Of a stretch of 64,000 nucleotides of DNA, positions 1 through 10,543 are shown one piece after another. The notes beneath the pieces are model-generated. The model saw only the letters and a program-made list of their open reading frames with translations, searched no databases and was not told the DNA's origin. Numbering within the stretch: the stretch's first letter is position 1; each line of letters begins with the position of its first letter. Source of the DNA: a virus. The stretch spans positions 63,321-127,320 of the IMG/VR virus record IMGVR_UViG_3300012964_000010; one strand, 5' to 3'. The translations under genes were made by a program, and so were the position numbers.

Positions 1-250
1 GCAAAGCAAGCCGTGGACTAAAGCCCGGAATATTCAGTTTTGCTTCCCACCACGGATCAACTATTTCTCTCCATTCGCGTGATTCTGTTGTGTCTCCCTC
101 GAGCATATCTCGTGGCCAATCAAATATCATTGCACAAGCATCTTTAAGGCTTGCTGCGAAACTATCTTGTCTAAATTTGTATTGTTCTGTTAGATATGTG
201 GCTACCGTACCTTTGCCACTATTAATAAAACCGCTCACTCCAACTATCAT
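1..250 (-). CDS. deoxynucleoside monophosphate kinase (partial, runs off the window start)
   Basis: Manual translation MIVGVSGFINSGKGTVATYL...DSFAASLKDACAMIFDWPRDMLEG: P-loop plus FA..LK motif of T4 gp1-like dNMP kinases; not in the ORF track. Confidence 0.85.
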   Translation of the reverse strand, partial: MIVGVSGFINSGKGTVATYLTEQYKFRQDSFAASLKDACAMIFDWPRDMLEGDTTESREWREIVDPWWEAKLNIPGFSPRLAL

Positions 251-362
251 AAAAAGCCCTTAAACTAAGTTTTATGTAGTTATACAAAAACTTATTTGAT
301 GGCTAATGATTTTGTTAGAAACTAATTGCATGACCCGATGGCGGCTTTAATCCCCGATAATA

Positions 363-1115
363 TTATCCGATTATAAATCCATATCCATCTGAAGAAGCAA
401 CCATATTGAGTAACTCTTTCTCGAGTTTATCAATTTCGGCCTGAGCTTCTTGTTTTATGGTAGCACCATTGAGCATAACATTTCCATTGGGGCCGGGAAA
501 TCCAGAAGGAAATTTATCACGTGCTTCACCGAGGGCATATTTTGCTTTGGCCGTAGAATAAGAACGCAACCAGGGACCTGTATAAGGATCTCTAATAATG
601 TCATCATCTGATTTTCTGATATAGACTCTAACTGAAACTGATTCATCGGCTGTAGGACGACGAATAATTGTTAGCTTATGCGAATTGACATCCCACGTGA
701 AGTTAAGTTGACTTGCGAAAACTCTTTCAGCGGTTTCTAGATATTCATTGTACATGTCCCAGGTTGCCAGGCCACCTGATCTATTTGGTTGTAACAAATA
801 GATGTTATAGAATGCAGCATCAACCGGGTCAAAGTTGATACCACCATTGGTATATGCACCGATACCACGGCGGTATAGACGTCGAACTTCTTGCACTTCC
901 TCTGGCAGAGTATACTCAGTTACATCTCGTGTGATGTGTAAGAAAATATCCTTCTCAAGTAAGGCACCGTCCGATTGCTGACGCAATTTTTCAATCCCTA
1001 TCTCTATTGCAAGATCAATATGTTCGACATCGAGTTCAACATCAACCATTTGCGAACCGAGCATAAGCTCGATTTGCTTTTTCAACATAACCTTAGGTGT
1101 AATCTGTGCGGACAT
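363..1115 (-). CDS. neck protein, T4 gp13-like
   Basis: LG..MVDVELD..HID.AI N-terminus and KF...PGP.G.V.LNG..IKQEA..EI.KLE C-terminus typical of gp13 homologs; late motif at 1142-1149. Confidence 0.8.
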   Translation of the reverse strand: MSAQITPKVMLKKQIELMLGSQMVDVELDVEHIDLAIEIGIEKLRQQSDGALLEKDIFLHITRDVTEYTLPEEVQEVRRLYRRGIGAYTNGGINFDPVDAAFYNIYLLQPNRSGGLATWDMYNEYLETAERVFASQLNFTWDVNSHKLTIIRRPTADESVSVRVYIRKSDDDIIRDPYTGPWLRSYSTAKAKYALGEARDKFPSGFPGPNGNVMLNGATIKQEAQAEIDKLEKELLNMVASSDGYGFIIG

Positions 1116-1147
1116 AACGTATCATCTCTCCAGTGATACATTATTTA

Positions 1148-1606
1148 TCAATATCCGAGTGTTGCCTTCTTCATCACAAATGCGTCATCGAGTGCATTAT
1201 GAATATCATAATCAAACTTAAGAACAAGCGCCTTTTCGATATCAGCTGGTACCCGAATCGGGAAAGTTATACCTTTTTCTAAATTAGCAGGCCATAGCGG
1301 TTGTAATAATTTATTTAAATGAGGAATATCCCAGCCAGGTGCATCGGATGCAATCATACATGGCACATTACGGGATTCTATCCAATTACCTAATTTAAGA
1401 GCACAATCATAAGAAGTCATTCTATGCTCGCCACCTTTAAGGAAAGGTAGAACAAACGATTTAACAAACTCCGAACAATCCTTTAATTCATAAGTGTCAA
1501 TTAATTCTGCATAGAAATAATTCTCATCTTCATCAACCAGTGCAATGCTGATAAGTTTGTTGCCTGGTATAAGATCGGTAAATTCAGTATCTAAAAATAA
1601 TCTCAT
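1148..1606 (-). CDS. DEDDh 3'-5' exoribonuclease (Rv2179c-like)
   Basis: RLFLDTEFT, LISIALV and HNALDDA motifs; start trimmed to the ATG overlapping the upstream stop. Confidence 0.8.
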   Translation of the reverse strand: MRLFLDTEFTDLIPGNKLISIALVDEDENYFYAELIDTYELKDCSEFVKSFVLPFLKGGEHRMTSYDCALKLGNWIESRNVPCMIASDAPGWDIPHLNKLLQPLWPANLEKGITFPIRVPADIEKALVLKFDYDIHNALDDAFVMKKATLGY

Positions 1607-1928
1607 TCTTTCCAATTCCAATATCCGCCTGGCTCGGGCCAAGTTACTGTGATATGTTTTGCATAATTATCACACATAACTATATATGTATGCATCATCT
1701 TTTCTTGTCTCCAGTTAGCACTTAACCAATCTGTAAGTAATTGGCCTTTAACAGTCTTATTCTTTATAATTTCATATATCTTACCGGAACACAGAATATG
1801 CCCCCAGGTATCATTGGATAGAGAATTAACGGCTTTTACCCTATAATCCGGAACAAAATAATAATATCCACCGTGGTCACTTTGAATAATTTGAGATGCA
1901 CATAGATGATTATATGTATCTTCTTCAG

Positions 1929-3080
1929 TCATTTATCTATCCTTAAGATAATGTGGTGTTCGTTAAGTTTGCCAGTGCAAGGAATATCCACTGTGCTTAA
2001 ATCCTTTAAAAAGGTGCGAAGTTTAACCTTACTCGCCTTCTTAAACTCAACTAATGTCTCAGCGGGCTTACGTAGTGTTTTTTCTGCAGAATCAGCAGAA
2101 AAATCAAGTAAACTTGCACCTTTAACTGACAGGCCACGCTCGTCCATGGCCTTATATTGTGCAAGTTTGCGTGTTCTGGTATTATATACCCATACTTCTT
2201 TAGCACCGATTATATGTGTCGGGTTTAAACTTACAATACCGAGTGAGGTGTCTTCTTTCTTATATTTTAATTTAGATATCAGTTTTTCTGTGGATACGGG
2301 TTTTTTCTTGCGAGGTGCACGCTGTACCTTAGCAGCCTCTTGCATCATCTCACATGCCTTTGATAAATTTCTGTGAAATAAATCAAACTTCTTTAATTCA
2401 GCCTTTGTGAAATTGGAATATCCTTCGGCAAGCTCTTTGTTCTTGCCATCTAATACCTCGGCAATCTCGTCCATCCTCTTCGCGAAGATATTTTGCACAT
2501 ATTTCATATGTGGAGCTTTCAAATCATATGACTTGAATAAACCCACAAAATCCTCAACTGTCTTAACATTCTGTGTCTTGTCGGCAGTAAATTCGTCTAT
2601 CCACCCTTCCACTTCCCCCGCAACCTCATACGCCCTTTCACGGAGGCGGTCCTGTATTGATATGATTGTAGAAGACCCGGAAGCATCAGTTTGAACTTTT
2701 TCATTATACGCCGCCTCTTTCGCTGCTGTAGCAAGTTTTGCTTCTTCTTCATTGATTTCTCTTTCTAATGCCGGTATCAGTCCCTTCATAATATCATCGG
2801 GAACATCGCCGCCGTGATTTAAGATGTACATATATTTACCGACCGTAGTAAATCTATTTTCATCCAAATCCTTGGCACGATCAAATAGCTCATGATTAGA
2901 ATTTAAGGTTTTTAGATATTTTAATACTTCGCGTTTTAATTCAGATGAGGTGAGTTCATAATGAGCATAGAGCATTGCTACCTGAAAATTGCTCTTGAAG
3001 TTTTTGTTAGTTTTAACTGTATATGCAAAATTAGGTTTAGGCCAACTTACATGCACACCAGACGATTTCTTTCCAGCCAT
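1929..3080 (-). CDS. phage hypothetical protein
   Basis: 383-aa Lys-rich ORF with RBS. Confidence 0.6.
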   Translation of the reverse strand: MAGKKSSGVHVSWPKPNFAYTVKTNKNFKSNFQVAMLYAHYELTSSELKREVLKYLKTLNSNHELFDRAKDLDENRFTTVGKYMYILNHGGDVPDDIMKGLIPALEREINEEEAKLATAAKEAAYNEKVQTDASGSSTIISIQDRLRERAYEVAGEVEGWIDEFTADKTQNVKTVEDFVGLFKSYDLKAPHMKYVQNIFAKRMDEIAEVLDGKNKELAEGYSNFTKAELKKFDLFHRNLSKACEMMQEAAKVQRAPRKKKPVSTEKLISKLKYKKEDTSLGIVSLNPTHIIGAKEVWVYNTRTRKLAQYKAMDERGLSVKGASLLDFSADSAEKTLRKPAETLVEFKKASKVKLRTFLKDLSTVDIPCTGKLNEHHIILRIDK

Positions 3081-3190
3081 ATATTATCCTTGTGACTAAA
3101 GCTATTTTAGCCGAAACTATGATAGAATTGCAACTAATCTTGATTAACCGTTCAATGAATACCCACTGGGTATTTTGAAAAGTAAGTTTC

Positions 3191-3361
3191 TTACTCGTCA
3201 GACTTGGATTTTTTATGTTTCTCTTTGCGAGAATACTTCTTGCTGGTATGTGCACCAGCCCCGGATGTTTTAGAATGCTTGGCCACATAATTGCGCGGAG
3301 GTGGCGATACGACAACCTTTTTCTTGTCAGTTTTTGTTTCAAATATTTCAAAAAGTCTCAT
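3191..3361 (-). CDS. small basic protein with ArfA-like C-terminal tail
   Basis: GGAG RBS; MRLFEIFETK...RNYVAKHSKTSGAGAHTSKKYSRKEKHKKSKSDE (56 aa, below the ORF-track cutoff). Confidence 0.55.
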   Translation of the reverse strand: MRLFEIFETKTDKKKVVVSPPPRNYVAKHSKTSGAGAHTSKKYSRKEKHKKSKSDE

Positions 3362-3373
3362 GCCTGCTCCAAT

Positions 3374-3410
3374 AAAAATGAAGGAACTGGTAGCGAATCA
3401 GTTCCTTCAT
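3374..3410 (-). terminator. intrinsic terminator-like hairpin in the leader of the 3191-3361 ORF
   Basis: ATGAAGGAACTG-loop-CAGTTCCTTCAT followed by TTTTATT on the minus strand. Confidence 0.6.
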
Positions 3411-3475
3411 CGACGCCTGTTGGCGTAACACACTAATGGTCCTAAGGGTGTCAATTATTATTTATCAAAAATAGA

Positions 3476-3880
3476 TTAAGATTGGAGAATTCCTTTAAAC
3501 TTTAAATATCCATCCAATAATCCCTGAATGTTCTTTGCACCCTCAGGATTCATACTGTGAACGGTATATCTAAAATGTGTAGGCATACTTCCCGAATTCA
3601 TGTCAAAGTTGATTAAGAATTTAGCAAAGTCATATCCAGACTTTTCTTCTTTTGCATTCTTTACAACAATAATGCCAGTTTCAGTGGTATCGTATTCTTC
3701 ATACCCCAAATCATGATCAAAACTAACTACATCCGGAAAACCATGATCCCAGACCCAGTTCAAGGCTTCTTTATAGGAGCGAACAATCTCCCATGTAGCT
3801 CCCCAACTACCAACACCGCCGATGAGGGTCCAGGTTACATCTGCGGGCATCCGTTCATCATCAAGAAATAGGTATTTCAT
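3476..3880 (-). CDS. cyclic-phosphate-processing receiver-like domain protein
   Basis: LFLDDERMP, VSFDHDLG, SGYDFAKFL and VHSMNPEGA motifs. Confidence 0.75.
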   Translation of the reverse strand: MKYLFLDDERMPADVTWTLIGGVGSWGATWEIVRSYKEALNWVWDHGFPDVVSFDHDLGYEEYDTTETGIIVVKNAKEEKSGYDFAKFLINFDMNSGSMPTHFRYTVHSMNPEGAKNIQGLLDGYLKFKGILQS

Positions 3881-4359
3881 AATATTTGTGATCTCTGGTA
3901 ACTACTCGATTAAACTTCTTTTTCACGAATTCATCTTCGGATAGTCTTCTGCTCTCTTCTAAATCCCACGCGCCATAAGCAACTGTTGGAAAATAGAGTC
4001 CAGCAAAATCGCTGGTCTGGTGTTGATCTGTATTACCACAACTGCTAAACCCTAACTTATCAGTGATATACCATATTGCAGGCCAACCGTTGTGTCTCTT
4101 ATCCTCACAACCGCAGATCTCGCCTTTTCCCAGAAAGATGTATCTTACTGTACAATGTTTTGCAAGAGAAAATAGAGATTTAAGGTTTTCTTCTCTCATC
4201 CTCTCTAATTCATCGGCGTAAGGTTCGGCTACAAATTTCTTAAGAGGGTCTGTCTTACATCTCTCAAGTAAACCAATGAGGTAATTAAATCTATCAAGAA
4301 CTAACTACATATAAACATATTAGCAATAATATATTAGTTAATCAACCTACGACTCCGTA

Positions 4360-4391
4360 AAAAAGCGGTAATGGATTTCTCCATTACCGCT
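4360..4391 (-). terminator. intrinsic terminator
   Basis: AGCGGTAATGGA-GAAA-TCCATTACCGCT followed by a U tract. Confidence 0.75.
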
Positions 4392-4392
4392 C

Positions 4393-4582
4393 AATGTGTA
4401 CTCAGGTTCCCCTCCTAAGTTCCCCATCCTGTATCAAGGATCCTCCGCAGTTACATTCCCTTTAGTAGAAGAAAGTGCTGCCCCGCCCATCATAGACGCA
4501 TGTATGCCGTTAACAGCATTTTGCACAAAAGGCGCTACTTACTGGCTACAGGTGCTCATCCGGTGCTACTACACCACACATT
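4393..4582 (-). ncRNA. putative ~190-nt structured RNA
   Basis: GC-richer intergenic block closed by AATGTG/CACATT and directly followed by a terminator. Confidence 0.4.
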
Positions 4583-4585
4583 AAA

Positions 4586-4981
4586 TCACTTCAAAATTCC
4601 CATTGTATAATATGCTTCACACTGAATCTGGGCCAATGTTTCAACTTTCTCTTCGTACGATATATCGCTCGGTTTTTCTTTCTTGCCATATATCTTAGAT
4701 AGAGTATTATTGAAATTATGAATCAGATCGTATAAATTACCTTGTGCTATTTTAGTGTAAGACTTTGATTGTTTTTTGATATAATCTTGCACACAAGTGG
4801 AAATCTTCTCTTCTTTATCTAAAATTCCCGATAATATCAATATCTCTAACGTATATTCTTTTTCATAAGACTGATTTATCTGAAGCGGTGTTACCACTTT
4901 TGCTTCAGATAAAACATCACTTCCCTTTGCGAACAAAGTTGATGAAGAAAATAGTAAGAGAGAAAGTATTATTTTTCTCAT
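4586..4981 (-). CDS. secreted hypothetical protein
   Basis: N-terminal signal peptide-like sequence. Confidence 0.5.
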   Translation of the reverse strand: MRKIILSLLLFSSSTLFAKGSDVLSEAKVVTPLQINQSYEKEYTLEILILSGILDKEEKISTCVQDYIKKQSKSYTKIAQGNLYDLIHNFNNTLSKIYGKKEKPSDISYEEKVETLAQIQCEAYYTMGILK

Positions 4982-5017
4982 TATTATAAAGGAGGGGTAG
5001 ATGACCCTTCCTTTAAC

Positions 5018-5965
5018 TTACTTGACTTCGACGTCTGTGCCGGGGAGCACAATCTTCAGTTTTGCCTTCTTCTGTCGAGCATGTTTCTCAACCAGCTCTT
5101 GCGCTGCATCGAATGTTACGTCAGCAAGCACAATCTCACCACCATTGACACGAACTACATCATATAATTCGTCCTCAATTTCAGTCTTTGCTGGAGCCAC
5201 AGGAGTGGCCGGTTTGGTATAGCTGCGATCAACGATTGACGAAAATGCGTTCTTTGGATCACCGACTACCTCAGCAACAACCTCATACTTGCAGCAACGG
5301 CCTTTTGCACCATTGTAGTCATTAGGGATGCTCACAACATCAGCAGGATTGATCTTCAGAATCATTACCGGTTGATCATTGCTACCGAAACTACCGAGGT
5401 AGCTTTCACTGCAAAAATGCAGACCAGTAGAACAATGAGAGTCGGGATTATCATCAACCGCATTACGAGACATTTCGACTACTTTACCAACAGCATTGCT
5501 GATAGTGCCGGAGTGAATATCAAGATAATCTTCGCGCACACGCTTGTATGCAAGGAAAAAACCATCTTCAGTAATCGGCAGGTTGTTCTTTTCCAAGAAA
5601 CCATACACCTGATCCACAGAACGCTTTGACGGATTCTGCATCAGATTTTCCATAAAATGCACCATCGGTTCAATTGGCAAACCTTCCTGATACATCTCAA
5701 TCATACGTGTCGACAATGCATTATGGAAAGGTTGTCCCTTCCAGGAGACTTTTCCGTTGTTGATTGCTACGTATCCTTTGCCAAAATTAACGATAGCCTT
5801 AACTGGCTCGACTAGATTGCGTAATGCATCCCAGTCTTGCGCCTTTAAAGCATCAACAATCTTGCCATAACTAATGTGTGTATTCTTGCTAATCGTATGA
5901 CTCTTTCCATCGATTACCAAAATAATATTTTTGCCTTGCAGCAAATAAGGAATTGCTTTTGACAT
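5018..5965 (-). CDS. rIIB: rIIB protein
   Basis: LPITEDGFFLAYK, CSTGLHFCS and INPADVVSIP.DYN..KGRCC.YEVV motifs; downstream of rIIA. Confidence 0.9.
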   Translation of the reverse strand: MSKAIPYLLQGKNIILVIDGKSHTISKNTHISYGKIVDALKAQDWDALRNLVEPVKAIVNFGKGYVAINNGKVSWKGQPFHNALSTRMIEMYQEGLPIEPMVHFMENLMQNPSKRSVDQVYGFLEKNNLPITEDGFFLAYKRVREDYLDIHSGTISNAVGKVVEMSRNAVDDNPDSHCSTGLHFCSESYLGSFGSNDQPVMILKINPADVVSIPNDYNGAKGRCCKYEVVAEVVGDPKNAFSSIVDRSYTKPATPVAPAKTEIEDELYDVVRVNGGEIVLADVTFDAAQELVEKHARQKKAKLKIVLPGTDVEVK

Positions 5966-6034
5966 TTTAGTCCTTTATGTGTTTATATGTTAAGTTTATA
6001 CTATCTCTATTACGGTGTCAACCGTAATAATCCG

Positions 6035-8185
6035 TTAGATTTTCTCCTGATTATCAACCATTTTGATATAATCTACTACTTCTAATTCAGGTGCCGAATT
6101 TAAATATTTTAGAAGTGGGTACTTCTGATAAAGATCGTTCTTTGCATTCTCGATTTTCTTCTTAACCTTGTCGACATGCAGAGAATTACCATATTTAGTA
6201 CACAAATCAACAAGTTGAGATGCATCACCGGATAAACGCTTAATATTCCCGTATTCTTTCATAAATTTAGCATAGGCCGAATCAGGACCAACTAAACGTG
6301 CAACTGTCTGGTTGGAATATATCTTAGTGTAATAACCATCAAGCATTTCCTTGGCAACCATAGATGCAATGTGAAAATCGGTAATCTTTGTAGTCTCTTC
6401 TTTAAGTTTAGTTTCAATCCAAAACCAATTCGGCAAATCTTTGATATCATCAATACGATTCTTTCGAACACCCATAATTCGGATATCCGAGATATCAGAA
6501 ACACCACACTTATCCATCAATGCCTTGAGTGGGTAAATGTCAAAATGTGCACCTTCGTGGGTAATTGGTTGAAAATTATTTAAACAAACGTAATAATAAG
6601 TATCATTATCATCAAGATCATGTTCATATGGTACCCAGGTATAAGAATCTTCAAATCCCGGCTTGCAATCAGACCTCAATGCAATCTGCATGATACCTTG
6701 ACTAGACAGTTTCTCGCGCCTTACAATTGGCTTCTTTTGCAATTCACTGGCCTTTAATACCCTTGGTGGGTTGTGCAATTCCTTAAGGAAGGCTTCGTAC
6801 TCTACCTGGCGTTTCGCGACATCGGGATCAGTATGTGATATACAAAAGACAGATACAGAATCGTTGCCGTAATTTGTGTAATGGTATCGAGTTCGCGAAA
6901 CGCAACCCGTTTTAAGATCATTCAATATGATAACAACATTCTTTTCCACTGGAATAGATGTTCCTTCGACATAGGTCTTGAGGGTATGAATATAAGTGCT
7001 ATATCTACCAGCCTTGCCACGATAGCAACCATGGCTAAAAGTCATACCATCGATGCTCAATCCGCGAGATTTCATTTCTGCGTCAGTAAAATTAAAAATC
7101 TTCTTCCCATAATGAACAGTAGGATCGTATAATTCAAACTTAGAATCGGCAACATATTTCGGCACCGCTGATGCATACAACCGAGTGCGTGCCTCAGTAT
7201 ATAGATATTCCGCACGTTCCCATTTGTCCACAATAGCATCCGCTCTTTTTGCAAGATGGCTTGCAAGATTAGCATTAATTGCTTCAAGTTTTTTCTTAAT
7301 ATTATTAACGGTCAACGGAACAATGCTGAGTTCTTCACGAGAAGCTGCAAAATCAAGCTCGCCGATGTTGAATTCAATAATTAATCCACATTCCAGCAAT
7401 GATGCCAACTTACCAAAATGCTTTTCTGGTTCAGAGATCTTATCGAGCGAATAAGCAATATTTCCCATTACTGCGGTAGATTTTGAAGGATACTCGTATC
7501 TATCAGTACTGCCTGTTACGTGTACCCCAGGAACAATATCTTTTTCTTTATAGGTCGGAGTTTTGTGCTGAAAGTTAACACCAGTAATTGTTGGTTTATT
7601 TTTGAACCACATGAAAACATTTTCAGCTTCATGATGGAAACTGTTGTAATCAAAACGATCAGTAACACTGAATTTAACTTCAACACCATTACCTTCGTCA
7701 GTAAGTTCGGTGCTCATCTCAGCAATGCTGGGTACACCCATCTCGCTAATAAATGCACTATAAATCCGTTTGGTACCGTCTTTAATAGCAATGACAGTGA
7801 AATTCTCAGTATAGCTAAATGGAGATTTAGAACCAAGGCCAAGAGCACCAATAAAATCATTGGAATCAGTCTTGGTAGATTCGAAATACGTTGTGTAGAT
7901 ATTGGTAACTTGATCACCAGTCAAACCGGTACCGAAATCTTTTACTGCAAACCAAGGTTCGAGCATGCAGGGGAGATGCACCTCAAACGGAATATCTGCC
8001 TTGCCAGCTGCAACATGACTATCTACTGCATTACATGATAATTCGCGAATGATGGCACGAATCTTGTTGGAATAGAGGCCATCAGACAAGATCTTAAAAG
8101 CCTTGGCTGAATTACGAATACGGAATTCACCAGTAGTGATAACGTTGGATAAAGTAATCTCATTAACTTCTACATCTAACTTCAT
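6035..8185 (-). CDS. rIIA: rIIA protein (GHKL ATPase N-terminal domain)
   Basis: AFKILSDGLYSNKIRAIIRELSCNAVDSH, DFGTG and GALGLGSKSPFSY motifs. Confidence 0.92.
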   Translation of the reverse strand: MKLDVEVNEITLSNVITTGEFRIRNSAKAFKILSDGLYSNKIRAIIRELSCNAVDSHVAAGKADIPFEVHLPCMLEPWFAVKDFGTGLTGDQVTNIYTTYFESTKTDSNDFIGALGLGSKSPFSYTENFTVIAIKDGTKRIYSAFISEMGVPSIAEMSTELTDEGNGVEVKFSVTDRFDYNSFHHEAENVFMWFKNKPTITGVNFQHKTPTYKEKDIVPGVHVTGSTDRYEYPSKSTAVMGNIAYSLDKISEPEKHFGKLASLLECGLIIEFNIGELDFAASREELSIVPLTVNNIKKKLEAINANLASHLAKRADAIVDKWERAEYLYTEARTRLYASAVPKYVADSKFELYDPTVHYGKKIFNFTDAEMKSRGLSIDGMTFSHGCYRGKAGRYSTYIHTLKTYVEGTSIPVEKNVVIILNDLKTGCVSRTRYHYTNYGNDSVSVFCISHTDPDVAKRQVEYEAFLKELHNPPRVLKASELQKKPIVRREKLSSQGIMQIALRSDCKPGFEDSYTWVPYEHDLDDNDTYYYVCLNNFQPITHEGAHFDIYPLKALMDKCGVSDISDIRIMGVRKNRIDDIKDLPNWFWIETKLKEETTKITDFHIASMVAKEMLDGYYTKIYSNQTVARLVGPDSAYAKFMKEYGNIKRLSGDASQLVDLCTKYGNSLHVDKVKKKIENAKNDLYQKYPLLKYLNSAPELEVVDYIKMVDNQEKI

Positions 8186-8220
8186 GTGTCTATGTTCTTT
8201 CTATGAGTAAACAAATGTCT

Positions 8221-8249
8221 ATTATGCTATAGCATTCTTAATCTGTCAA
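8221..8249 (-). promoter_or_regulatory. sigma70-type promoter for rIIA
   Basis: TTGACA-N17-CATAAT on the minus strand. Confidence 0.6.
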
Positions 8250-8277
8250 CTGCTCAGATTTTTGATAAATAGTCCAT

Positions 8278-8991
8278 ATGCGGAAATCACTCTGCATTGT
8301 TATAATGGAGATGCCCAAAATGGGAAGACCTATACAAAAGAAGTGGTTCGGATTACCGATCACAGCTGGTAGCCGCCATATTGTAGTAAACGGTATTAAG
8401 TTTGCTGACGGTACTACCGCATCCAATGGTTATATTGTTAGACAAGTCGGTCATACCGCATATATTGTGCAAGATGCTGCTAAGGCTCATGCTGCCGAAA
8501 TTTGCTTTATGGTAAATGCAACATCAACTGGTGCCTTATTACCGGGACAATGTTATATTCTTGCAACACCGTTTGGTGGTTCAGCACTACCTTGCGAAAA
8601 GATTCAACAATTCCGCCTTAGTGTTTACAATAATGGTACTACTACAAATATTTCAAACTATGCGTGGTCAACTTTACCAGCGGTAATGGTTGGACAAGCC
8701 GACCTATTGGTACTTTCACCACCTGTCAACACAGTATTGCCGCTTATTTCTGGTACTGCGCAGGTCGGTCAGACATTGTCGACCACCACAGGTACATGGA
8801 CCGGTACCACACCAATCACTTACACTTATCAGTGGAAGCGTGCTGGTGTACCAATCACCGGTGCATATGCAAGTACATATATTGCCGTTACTGCCGACAT
8901 TGGCAGTGCTCTTACCGTTACTGTTACTGCAACCAGTGCAGATGGAAGCGCCTCTGCAACATCATTGCCGACCGCGGCTGTTATTGCCTAA
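8278..8991 (+). CDS. virion structural protein with C-terminal Ig-like domain
   Basis: PPVNTVLPLISGTAQVGQTL...YTYQWKR...TY...ADIG..LTVTVTA Ig-like repeat; GATAAATA late motif at 8264-8271; true start possibly 8320. Confidence 0.7.
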   Translation: MRKSLCIVIMEMPKMGRPIQKKWFGLPITAGSRHIVVNGIKFADGTTASNGYIVRQVGHTAYIVQDAAKAHAAEICFMVNATSTGALLPGQCYILATPFGGSALPCEKIQQFRLSVYNNGTTTNISNYAWSTLPAVMVGQADLLVLSPPVNTVLPLISGTAQVGQTLSTTTGTWTGTTPITYTYQWKRAGVPITGAYASTYIAVTADIGSALTVTVTATSADGSASATSLPTAAVIA

Positions 8992-9009
8992 TCAATACCT
9001 GGCAAAACA

Positions 9010-9035
9010 AAAAGGGCTCCTTGGAGCCCTTTTTT
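9010..9035. terminator. bidirectional intrinsic terminator
   Basis: AAAAGGGCTCC-TT-GGAGCCCTTTTTT between convergent transcription units. Confidence 0.8.
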
Positions 9036-9254
9036 AATGAATATTTTTTTAAAAATTATCTATTAAGAATAAGAAAGACGATATATGCTGGCCAACTAAA
9101 CAATAATGTTAAAAATAACCAGCCTGTCTTTTTCCAGCCAGACACTTTAGATGATCGAATAACTGAGACAATTGGAAAAAGCAAAATCAATAAAAGAAAA
9201 GTTGTTAAGAAAAAGAAATAAAGAATAATACCCATTTTGCCACCTTTTAATATT

Positions 9255-9330
9255 TGGTATCCCCGGCAGGAATCGAACCTGCGACCTATCCCTTAGGAGG
9301 GGATAGCTCTATCCACTGAGCTACAGGGAC
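9255..9330 (-). tRNA. tRNA-Arg(CCT)
   Basis: Cloverleaf, anticodon loop CTCCTAA, CCA end. Confidence 0.92.
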
Positions 9331-9335
9331 ACAAT

Positions 9336-9563
9336 TTATTTCTCTTCTGCCCTTTCAAGGCGATCATAATAATCAGGAAATTCACTTAAATGATCAAGTG
9401 CAATTTCCCGAGCTACTGCAATATCTGCTGTATGTTCTTGTTCAACCTTGATGCCTTTTGAAAGTTGTGTAATCAAATCCTTGTAAGAGATTTTGTGCTT
9501 GCGCATAATTTCATCAAACTTTGGTGTAGGTTTACCAATTAAATCAATTTCATCGAGTTTCAT
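9336..9563 (-). CDS. DUF5661-like small protein
   Basis: KGIKVEQEHT...AREIALDHLSEFPDYY motif. Confidence 0.6.
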   Translation of the reverse strand: MKLDEIDLIGKPTPKFDEIMRKHKISYKDLITQLSKGIKVEQEHTADIAVAREIALDHLSEFPDYYDRLERAEEK

Positions 9564-9646
9564 ATATATTATCCTATGGAAGATTAATGTTGACTACGTT
9601 TAATCTTCCAAATACTTATTTATAGTAACATACCTTGGGTATGTTG

Positions 9647-9880
9647 TCAAACTTTAGCTAATTCTTGCCTTAGTCCGTTATACCCTGTTGGAATATGTGC
9701 ACCATCAAGAAATATCTGCGGAACTGAGCGTACTTTATTACCGAGCCGACCCTCTAATGCTCGCAGATTTGCAGTGTCGTCGATATCAATATACTCATAC
9801 TGAATAGAATTCGATTCACACAACTGAACAGCCTGTTTACAATAGGTGCACCATTCGGCACCATAAATTTCAATCTTCAT
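9647..9880 (-). CDS. glutaredoxin
   Basis: CTYC active site, SVPQIFLDG motif. Confidence 0.9.
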   Translation of the reverse strand: MKIEIYGAEWCTYCKQAVQLCESNSIQYEYIDIDDTANLRALEGRLGNKVRSVPQIFLDGAHIPTGYNGLRQELAKV

Positions 9881-10138
9881 AGAATTTATCTCCTTGACTA
9901 ATACTTATCACACTAATCAATGAATGACATAAATTCTAGCCTTCCGTCTGGATATTCAAAGAGACCAAGCATCGACGAATTCTGATTATTCTTTTTATGT
10001 TTTGGATATTCTGAAATCTTAACTACTAATACATTCTTTCTATACGTTTCTGTTATTTTAACAACTGAACCTTTATATCCTTCAAATTGTATTTTACTAC
10101 CTTCTTTGTAATATGATGCCATAATTCTTATTTTTATC

Positions 10139-10213
10139 TGGTACCCCTACTAAGAATCGAACTTAGAACGCCTGCTTCGGAAACATGCATGATATCCATT
10201 TCACTATAGGGGC
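10139..10213 (-). tRNA. tRNA-Arg(CCG)
   Basis: Loop TTCCGAA, CCA end. Confidence 0.85.
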
Positions 10214-10219
10214 TTGTTG

Positions 10220-10293
10220 TGGTGCTGATACACGGAATCAAACCGCGGTCCAAACGTTACGAGGGTTTTGTTCTATCACTAAACTATATCAGC
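10220..10293 (-). tRNA. tRNA-Thr(CGT), degenerate D/T loops
   Basis: Loop CTCGTAA; T-loop TTTGATT; CCA end. Confidence 0.7.
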
Positions 10294-10543
10294 ATCTATT
10301 ATTTATTCTTTTGACTTGCTGCAATCATTTTTGCAGCAATCTCATTCGCAATATCGTCAACAGTGCGACCATTGCGTTTTTTTAATTCAATTATTTGATC
10401 TTTAATCCATTGTGGGAAATGTGGACCGTTCAGGTTCTCAATCTGTTCGTTGGTATAAGACTGAATATTATCCAATACTTCTTGCACAGCAGGTTTTTTC
10501 TTCATTTTTTGGAAGAATTTATCGGGATTAAGGTAACTTCTCA

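Noticed and set aside
3037-3351. 104-aa ORF in the track
   Set aside because: The overlapping frame 3191-3361 has the RBS, an ATG and the shared MRLxE start
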